Positions 58,178-64,000 of a stretch of DNA of 64,000 nucleotides are shown here, piece by piece (position 1 is the stretch's first letter; each line of letters begins with the position of its first letter). The position numbers were made by a program, and so were the translations under genes. The stretch lies in NCBI GenBank assembly GCA_050950825.1, contig JBMNIH010000010.1, forward strand, positions 96,001 through 160,000, given 5' to 3'. The DNA comes from Clostridia bacterium (GTDB lineage Bacteria > Bacillota > Clostridia > JAAYHZ01). The notes under the pieces are model-generated. The model saw nothing but the letters and a program-made list of their open reading frames with translations. It was not told where the DNA came from and searched no databases.

Positions 58178-59022
58178 GTAAAAAAGCTTTAGGAAAAGGA
58201 TTAAATGCATTGTTCAGCGAGGATCCTGTTGATCAAGAAAACGATATAAAGGAAGTGGATATCTATCACATTCAGCCGGATAAAAATCAACCTCGAAAGA
58301 ACTTTGATACGGAGACATTAAACGAGCTTGCCCAATCCATCAAAAGAAGCGGTGTTCTTCAGCCCATTTTAGTGCGAGAAGAAAAACCCAATACATATAC
58401 CATTATTGCAGGGGAGAGAAGATGGCGAGCAGCCAAGTTAGCCGGATTAAAAACCATTCCCGTTATCGTTAAAAATCTAACGGATATAGAAATGATCGAA
58501 GTGTCTCTGATAGAAAATTTGCAAAGGGAAGATCTGAATCCCATAGAAGAGGCGAAAGCTTATGAACGGCTGCAAAAAGAATTTAACAAAACACAAGAAG
58601 AAATAAGCGAAATTGTCGGTAAAAGCCGTACGGCCGTTACAAATTCATTGAGGCTGCTGCAGTTGGACAATGAAATTATAAATTTAATTGAAGACAGCCG
58701 CATTAGTCCGGGACATGCCAGAGCCATTTTATCTTTGGAGGATGCTTCAAAGAGAAAAGAATTGGCGAAGATCATTATAGACCAAAATTTGAACGTAAGA
58801 CAAGCGGAAGAACTGGCAAAGAAAATGAACCAAGTTACCGTGACGACCAAATCCGGATCCAAAACGAGATTGCCGGAGGTCATTGAAATTGAAAATAAAT
58901 TGCAAAGACAAATAGGAACAAAGGTAAAACTGAACTACAATAAAGGGAAGGGCAAAATCATTATTGATTTTTACAGCAACGAGGATTTGGACAGAATTTT
59001 AGAGCTGCTGCAGGTGGAATAG
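58174..59022 (+). CDS. spo0J: ParB-family partitioning protein Spo0J
   Basis: ALGKGLNAL, QPRK, GERRWRA, ENLQREDL, GKSRTAVTN, GHAR. Confidence 0.95.
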   Translation: MSKKALGKGLNALFSEDPVDQENDIKEVDIYHIQPDKNQPRKNFDTETLNELAQSIKRSGVLQPILVREEKPNTYTIIAGERRWRAAKLAGLKTIPVIVKNLTDIEMIEVSLIENLQREDLNPIEEAKAYERLQKEFNKTQEEISEIVGKSRTAVTNSLRLLQLDNEIINLIEDSRISPGHARAILSLEDASKRKELAKIIIDQNLNVRQAEELAKKMNQVTVTTKSGSKTRLPEVIEIENKLQRQIGTKVKLNYNKGKGKIIIDFYSNEDLDRILELLQVE

Positions 59023-59043
59023 ATAGCTTTAGTAAAAAATAAG

Positions 59044-59085
59044 AAGGAGATAGATTCTTTACGGATCCATCTCCTTTATTTTTAT
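59044..59085. terminator. bidirectional terminator between spo0J and the GT4 gene
   Basis: AAGGAGAT..ATCTCCTT stem with A/T-rich flanks between convergent genes. Confidence 0.7.
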
Positions 59086-59110
59086 CTTCAATTATTCATT
59101 TATTTATTGT

Positions 59111-60286
59111 TTAAGAGCCGTAAGAGTAAGTTCGGCTAAAGCGGTTAATTAGATAGCGATACCGTTCCTTCGCCATATTCGCCGAGTCTTCCCAGCTGCG
59201 GTATAAAGTCTTCGTTGCATTTTCGCCGACGGTTCTTGCCAATTCGGGGTTCTCAATGATTTTTATAATCACTTCGCACATGGATTCCGGTGTATTTTCT
59301 ACCAAAAATCCGTTCTGCATGTCCTTTACACCTAAAGATGTGGTGGACCCTTTTACCAATACGGCGGGGCATCCCATAGCTGCGGCTTCTTTAACTACGA
59401 GGGAAGACATGTCATACAAGCTGGGGAACAGCAAAGCGGTACCTCGGGCGTAAATGTTACCGATTAAATCGCGGTCCTGAATGATTCCGGCAAAGGTAAC
59501 CTTATCCGTTAATTGGTATTCCTCCGTAATTTGCTCCGCTTCCTGCCTTTTATCGCCGTCTCCGACGAATAACATTCTAAAATCGTAATTCTTTTCATGA
59601 ACAAGTTTTAAACCGTCCAAAATAAGCTTAATATTTTTTTGCCATATATGTTGTCCTACGTAAACAAAAACGGGTACGTCTTCGGGAAAACCGAACCGTT
59701 TATTTATCTCATCCAGTATTTCTTTTGTTTTCGGCTTGGGTACGATATCGCAAGCATTATTAACAACAAATACGCTTTTCTTGTAGCCGTATTCTCTTAA
59801 AATCTCAACGGCGGATTCGCTGACGGTCCATACGTCATCCGCTTGGTTAAAAAAGTACAATACTCTTTTGATTAATAAATCGGTAATAATATCGGACTTT
59901 AAATACTGTTTAAAATCATCTTTAAACTTCGAATGAAGGGTAGCTACAAAAGGAATTCCTTGATCATATGCAATCTTCCTTCCTAATTCCCCCGCAGGGA
60001 AGGGAGAATGGGAATGGATGATATCAAACTTCACTTTTTTCAATTCGTTGTAAAACTGCCGGTCAAATTGCGGTATTCCGGTTCGGTAATTCTTTTTGAA
60101 GGGTATACTGAAAGAATGGTAGGTTAACACGGGAAAAGGATATTCGTAAGAATAGCCCGGAACACCGGGAGTTATAACGTAACAAGTGTCACCGTCCTTG
60201 TGCTGCCATAACGCATAATTTTGTACTACTCGTGCTACGCCATCCGCAATAGGCGGAAAGCTGTCGGTAAACTGACCTATTATCAT
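59111..60286 (-). CDS. GT4-family glycosyltransferase (lipid glucosyltransferase-like)
   Basis: FTDSFPP..DGV, DIIHSHSPF, YVGQ..KN, FPS.YD..LVVKEAAAMG.P. Confidence 0.82.
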   Translation of the reverse strand: MIIGQFTDSFPPIADGVARVVQNYALWQHKDGDTCYVITPGVPGYSYEYPFPVLTYHSFSIPFKKNYRTGIPQFDRQFYNELKKVKFDIIHSHSPFPAGELGRKIAYDQGIPFVATLHSKFKDDFKQYLKSDIITDLLIKRVLYFFNQADDVWTVSESAVEILREYGYKKSVFVVNNACDIVPKPKTKEILDEINKRFGFPEDVPVFVYVGQHIWQKNIKLILDGLKLVHEKNYDFRMLFVGDGDKRQEAEQITEEYQLTDKVTFAGIIQDRDLIGNIYARGTALLFPSLYDMSSLVVKEAAAMGCPAVLVKGSTTSLGVKDMQNGFLVENTPESMCEVIIKIIENPELARTVGENATKTLYRSWEDSANMAKERYRYLINRFSRTYSYGS

Positions 60287-60358
60287 AAAATCATATCCTT
60301 TCTTCGTTTTAATGCTGGAATACGTTTACTGCTGCCAAAAATTAACGATGTCGTTATA

Positions 60359-61531
60359 CTATTTCCCGTACCATACTTTTTTATACACACTTAAAACGAA
60401 ATCCAATTGCTCTTTTGTATGTGTAGCCGAATAGCTGGTGCGCAGCAAACATTGTCCCTGAGGCACGGCAGGCGATACTACCGGGTTCACATACACACCT
60501 TCTTCAAGTAAGACTTTAGTCATTACAAAAGTACGTTCATCTTCGTAGGTCATGACCGGGATGATAGCCGTTGTGGAATTGCCGATAGGTATGTTCAATT
60601 CACGGAAACCGGCTCTCATATAGTCGGCGATATCTTTTAATTTCTGTACTCTTTCAGGTTCTTCCTTTAATATTTCCAAAGCTTCGTAGGCTACCGCGGC
60701 ACTGGCGGGAGTAACGGAAGCGCTGAATATGAAAGGGCGAGACTTGTGCTTAACGTATTCGACGACCTTTTTATCGGCAGCCATATGTCCGCCCAAGCAA
60801 GCCAAGGATTTGCTGAATGTTCCCATGATGATATCCACCTCGGCCTCCAGCCCGAAATATTCGGCGGTACCTCTGCCTTTTGCGCCTATCATTCCCAGTC
60901 CGTGGGCATCATCCACCATAACTCTTGCGTTATATTTTCTTGCCAAATCGATAATATCAGGTAATTTACAGATATCACCACCCATACTGAATACGCCGTC
61001 GGTTACGATGAGTTTTCCTGCGTCCAAAGGAATGTTTTTTAAAATTCGTTCCAGATCCGCCATATCGCTGTGCTTGTATTTGATAGTTTTAGCAAAACTC
61101 AGCCTGCATGCATCCACGATACTGGCATGGTTTTCGCTATCGGATAATATGTAGTCGTGGCGATCCGTCAACGCGGTAATGATTCCTAGGTTCGCTTGAA
61201 AGCCCGTACCGAATGTAACGGCGGCTTCTTTGTTTAAAAATTCGGCAATATTTTTTTCCAATTTAATATGCAAATCCAAAGTTCCGTTCAAAAAACGAGA
61301 TCCGGTACAACCCGTTCCGTATTGCTCAATGGCTTTTTTTGCAGCTTCTATTAAACGCGGATGAGAAGTTAAACCTAAGTAATTATTGGAGCCTGTCATA
61401 ATGGTTCTTTTTCCATTAATAATAACCTCGGTGTCCTGTTTGGATTCCAAAGCATGAAAATACGGATAAATCCCTTTTTCCTTTGCTTCATCGGCTGCGG
61501 TGAATTCCATGCATTTTTTAAATATATCCAT
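60359..61531 (-). CDS. spt: PLP-dependent alpha-oxoamine synthase, serine palmitoyltransferase-like
   Basis: GIYPYF..ES.QDTEV, GSNNYLGL, GTGCTGSRFLNGTL, NHAS, DGVFSM, DDAHG, GTFSKS (PLP Lys), FSAS, VNPVV.PA. Confidence 0.75.
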   Translation of the reverse strand: MDIFKKCMEFTAADEAKEKGIYPYFHALESKQDTEVIINGKRTIMTGSNNYLGLTSHPRLIEAAKKAIEQYGTGCTGSRFLNGTLDLHIKLEKNIAEFLNKEAAVTFGTGFQANLGIITALTDRHDYILSDSENHASIVDACRLSFAKTIKYKHSDMADLERILKNIPLDAGKLIVTDGVFSMGGDICKLPDIIDLARKYNARVMVDDAHGLGMIGAKGRGTAEYFGLEAEVDIIMGTFSKSLACLGGHMAADKKVVEYVKHKSRPFIFSASVTPASAAVAYEALEILKEEPERVQKLKDIADYMRAGFRELNIPIGNSTTAIIPVMTYEDERTFVMTKVLLEEGVYVNPVVSPAVPQGQCLLRTSYSATHTKEQLDFVLSVYKKVWYGK

Positions 61532-61541
61532 GTTGCACTCC

Positions 61542-62384
61542 TTAATCCTTTAAATTTTTAGCGACTTTACCGGTATATTTTTTCATTAAAACTTTTAATT
61601 TCAAACCGGTAGGTAAAATTCTGTTTAATATGTATATGAGCTTGTATTCGATACCTACGTTGGTTCGCATAGGCGGTTTTTTCTTTCGTATGATTTTCTC
61701 AACGACGAAAGCGACTTCTTCCGGAGGATATCCGTTTTGCTCGTCTTCTTCCATTACGGATACGGCATGGGTGCTTGCAGGTTCATAAAGAGCTTCAATT
61801 TCTTCTTTTCCGGCCTTTAAACGAGATTTTGTGAAGTTCGTTCGTGTGTCACCGGGCTCAACCAAGCATACATGAATATTGAAGGGGGCAAGCTCCATTC
61901 GTAAAGCTTCGGATAAAGATTCCAATGCGTATTTGGAGGCACTGTACATAGACTGAAAGGGTATGGAAATATAGCCTGCCACGGACCCGATATTGATAAT
62001 GGTACCTCTGCCTTGAGCCCTCATAAAGGGAAGTACTTTTTGGATGACTCTGACAACACCGAAAAAGTTGACTTCGAATTGTTTTTGAGCGATATCGACG
62101 GGAACCGATTCTACGGAGCCGGAGATGCCGAATCCGGCACAGTTGACAAGTACATGAATTTGCTTTTCTTTTTCGATAAGTTTTTCTACTGCAGATGCCA
62201 CCGATTGTTCATCTGTAACATCCATTTGCAGCATATGTACTCGGCTATCCGAAAAATAGTCCGCAGCTTTTCTGGAAGTTCCGTAAACAATATTCCTCGG
62301 ATCCTTTGCCAGGGTCTTCGCTATAGCTTGTCCTATTCCGGATGAAGCACCGGTAACCAATATTACGATATTTTCCGTTTCCAT
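61542..62384 (-). CDS. SDR-family oxidoreductase (3-ketosphinganine reductase-like)
   Basis: TGASSGIG, VYGTSRK, NCAG, catalytic YSASK, VCLVEPGD. Confidence 0.8.
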   Translation of the reverse strand: METENIVILVTGASSGIGQAIAKTLAKDPRNIVYGTSRKAADYFSDSRVHMLQMDVTDEQSVASAVEKLIEKEKQIHVLVNCAGFGISGSVESVPVDIAQKQFEVNFFGVVRVIQKVLPFMRAQGRGTIINIGSVAGYISIPFQSMYSASKYALESLSEALRMELAPFNIHVCLVEPGDTRTNFTKSRLKAGKEEIEALYEPASTHAVSVMEEDEQNGYPPEEVAFVVEKIIRKKKPPMRTNVGIEYKLIYILNRILPTGLKLKVLMKKYTGKVAKNLKD

Positions 62385-62430
62385 AGTCGACAGCTCTCTC
62401 TTTATTATTTATATATAATGTATTAACCGT

Positions 62431-62459
62431 ATTATACTCCCGAAAAAATGTTAATTCAA
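62431..62459 (-). promoter_or_regulatory. sigmaA promoter of the SDR-spt-GT4 operon
   Basis: TTGAAT-17 bp-TATAAT. Confidence 0.7.
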
Positions 62460-62614
62460 CTTGTTCGAGTTTTTTATTACTAGCTGATAATACTATATTA
62501 TAATATTTTCGAAGAAGATACAATGGGTTTGTTTTATTTTATGTAAATAATTAGTGTAGTTATAAATATCATTGAAAAATAACCCGGGAAATCTCATATC
62601 GGGCGGAACACTTT

Positions 62615-63772
62615 TTGCTCGGATTTGAACCGCACCAGAAGGTAACGCTAGGCGCAGCTGCGAGAGCCTTGGAAGAAAGTATAGACAGCAGTTACCGCAA
62701 AGGCGGAGAGAATGCAAGCATAAAAGCGGAAGAAGGCATTAGCAAACAAGCCGTGATGGATCTGGTACATGAGATTGAGGCGGACATGCCGATGCCGGAA
62801 CCGGAAGGAAAGAAGAAGATAAAAAGGCTTCATGTCATAGCCGATGAAGATCATGTGGCGGCACAGTTTTGGAATGAAAAGGGCGATTTGAAGCGAGATG
62901 CGAGGGGCCATAAGATTAATACCCTGATGCCTAAGCTTGTTTGTGTATTCGAGGATATTATCAATGAATCGGGGGAAGCATCCAAGAATCCCAGATATAA
63001 GCTGATCGGAAAAAAATACTTTTGCGGTATTTACGAGGGTGGCAAAGGCAACGAAAAGCTTTGGATGGAGGTTGCCGAATACATAGAAAAAACATACGAT
63101 ACGGACTATCTTGAGAGAATATACGTAGTCGGAGACGGAGCTTCGTGGATAAAAAAAGGATGCGAATATTTGGAGAACAGCAAATATGTCCTTGATAAAT
63201 ACCATATGATGAAATATATAAACAGGTCAGTGGCGCATCTTTACGATAGCGCGGACGAGGTGAAAGACTGGATTTGGGGAGCCTTGAATCGTTTGGACAA
63301 AAAGGAATTGAAGAATATCTATGAGCAGATCCTGAAGGTTACGGAAAGTGAAAACAAGAAGCAAGAAGTGGAAGATGCGTTAAGATATTTTCTAAATCAT
63401 TGGCAAGGGATAAAAACCCGAGTGGAAGAAACAAGCGGCTGGACATATTGCATAGAAGGGCAAATAAGCCATGTATTGTCGGCAAGAATGAGCAGCAGAC
63501 CAATGGGATGGAGCGAATTGGGTTGCGACCGCATGGCAAGGCTCAGAGCGTACAAAAGAAACGGCGGTAAGATTCTTGACTTGCTAAAATATCAAAAACA
63601 ACGAAAAAAGCAAAAGGAAAGGCGTGAAGCACAAGAAGAATTGATAAGAGATCTGAGAAGAAGACATTCAAAATGGACGTATGCGGAAGATACCAGACGT
63701 CACATACATGGTTTGGAAAGGAGCAGTATGAAGTGGCTAAAGAATATGACCACACTGGCTTGGGACGCATAA
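62615..63772 (+). pseudogene. ISLre2-family (UPF0236, Mutator-like) transposase, 5'-truncated
   Basis: IADEDHV, GDGASWIK, LDKYH, YFLNHW, EGQISHV..RM..RPMGWS; begins abruptly at LLGFEPHQ with no SD and an in-frame stop just upstream. Confidence 0.8.
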
Positions 63773-63780
63773 GCAGCTTG

Positions 63781-63973
63781 AACCGCTATGACTTTGTAAC
63801 CGTGTGACGGTAGGCTTTATGCCGCGAAAGTCGCTTTACGATGAGTAGACGGCATGTTAGGCTTGTCTGCCTGGCATCAAACACACAAAGCCGTATCCGG
63901 CTTCACCCTGTAGGAAGATGCCGCAGAGGCCACTAAACATGCCGGCAGAGGCTCGTCGTAAAGCGAACCGTGG
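63781..63973 (+). ncRNA. putative structured RNA or cis-element downstream of the ISLre2 transposase
   Basis: Nested complementary stems of 15, 9, 5 and 6 bp, plus apical and 5' hairpins; G-U pairs favour the plus strand. Confidence 0.5.
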
Positions 63974-64000
63974 AATAAATGAGTACTTTACTTGTGCATT

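Noticed and set aside
60359-61531. Annotation as BioF or Kbl
   Set aside because: No bio or tdh genes are adjacent, and the motif set (GSRFLNGT, YPYF..ES.Q.TEV) and SDR/GT neighbours fit SPT better. It is not fully excluded without phylogeny or an assay.
62579-62592. Noc-binding-site-like ATAACCCGGGAAAT (similar hits near 19013 and 29062)
   Set aside because: Each has two mismatches to ATTTCCCGGGAAAT in a CCGG-rich genome, which cannot be separated from chance without a genome-wide scan.
63811-63903. Resemblance of GCCGCGAAAGTCGC and AGCCGTAT to group II intron domain V, or of CGATGAG/GAAA to a hammerhead core
   Set aside because: I cannot assemble a proper 34-nt domain V with catalytic triad and bulge, or a CUGANGA..GAAA core in the right order; no reverse transcriptase gene is present.

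Overview
This window is the replication-origin region of a low-GC monoderm Firmicute of class Clostridia. The gene order resembles Acetivibrionales/Hungateiclostridiaceae, and the GC-rich rRNA stems suggest a thermotolerant organism (inference). Left arm, mostly minus strand: cca, wecB, tagO, dCMP deaminase, rpiB/upp, sua5, prfA, purH, glpP, a lipid kinase (+), a DUF2207-like protein, rlmH, walJ, murA, walRK-yycHI preceded by two TolC-like genes, two paralogous S-layer genes, nadABC, an rRNA operon (16S-tRNA-Ala-23S-5S), gyrA, two tandem noc paralogues, rsmG, mnmG, mnmE, jag, yidC, yidD, rnpA and rpmH. Then come oriC, dnaA-dnaN-recF-remB-gyrB, three perfect parS sites interrupted by an IS1634-family element, and soj-spo0J. 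The window ends with a three-gene operon (SDR reductase, serine-palmitoyltransferase-like enzyme, GT4 glycosyltransferase) and a 5'-truncated ISLre2 transposase followed by a highly structured ~190-nt element. Best candidates for new biology: (1) a putative sphingolipid/glycosphingolipid operon in a Gram-positive clostridium; (2) the structured RNA-like element after the ISLre2 transposase; (3) an IS1634 long target duplication whose left copy lacks the parS-parS fold-back; (4) TolC-like genes heading the walRK operon next to S-layer genes with WalR-like boxes; (5) duplicated noc with an RBS-sequestering hairpin overlapping a sigmaH-type promoter; (6) an apparently non-bipartite oriC. Several single-base indels (dnaA, yidC, probably the S-layer gene and rpiB stop) suggest consensus sequencing errors, so frameshift-based claims need read-level checks. 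All homology calls come from motif recognition and recall, not database searches.
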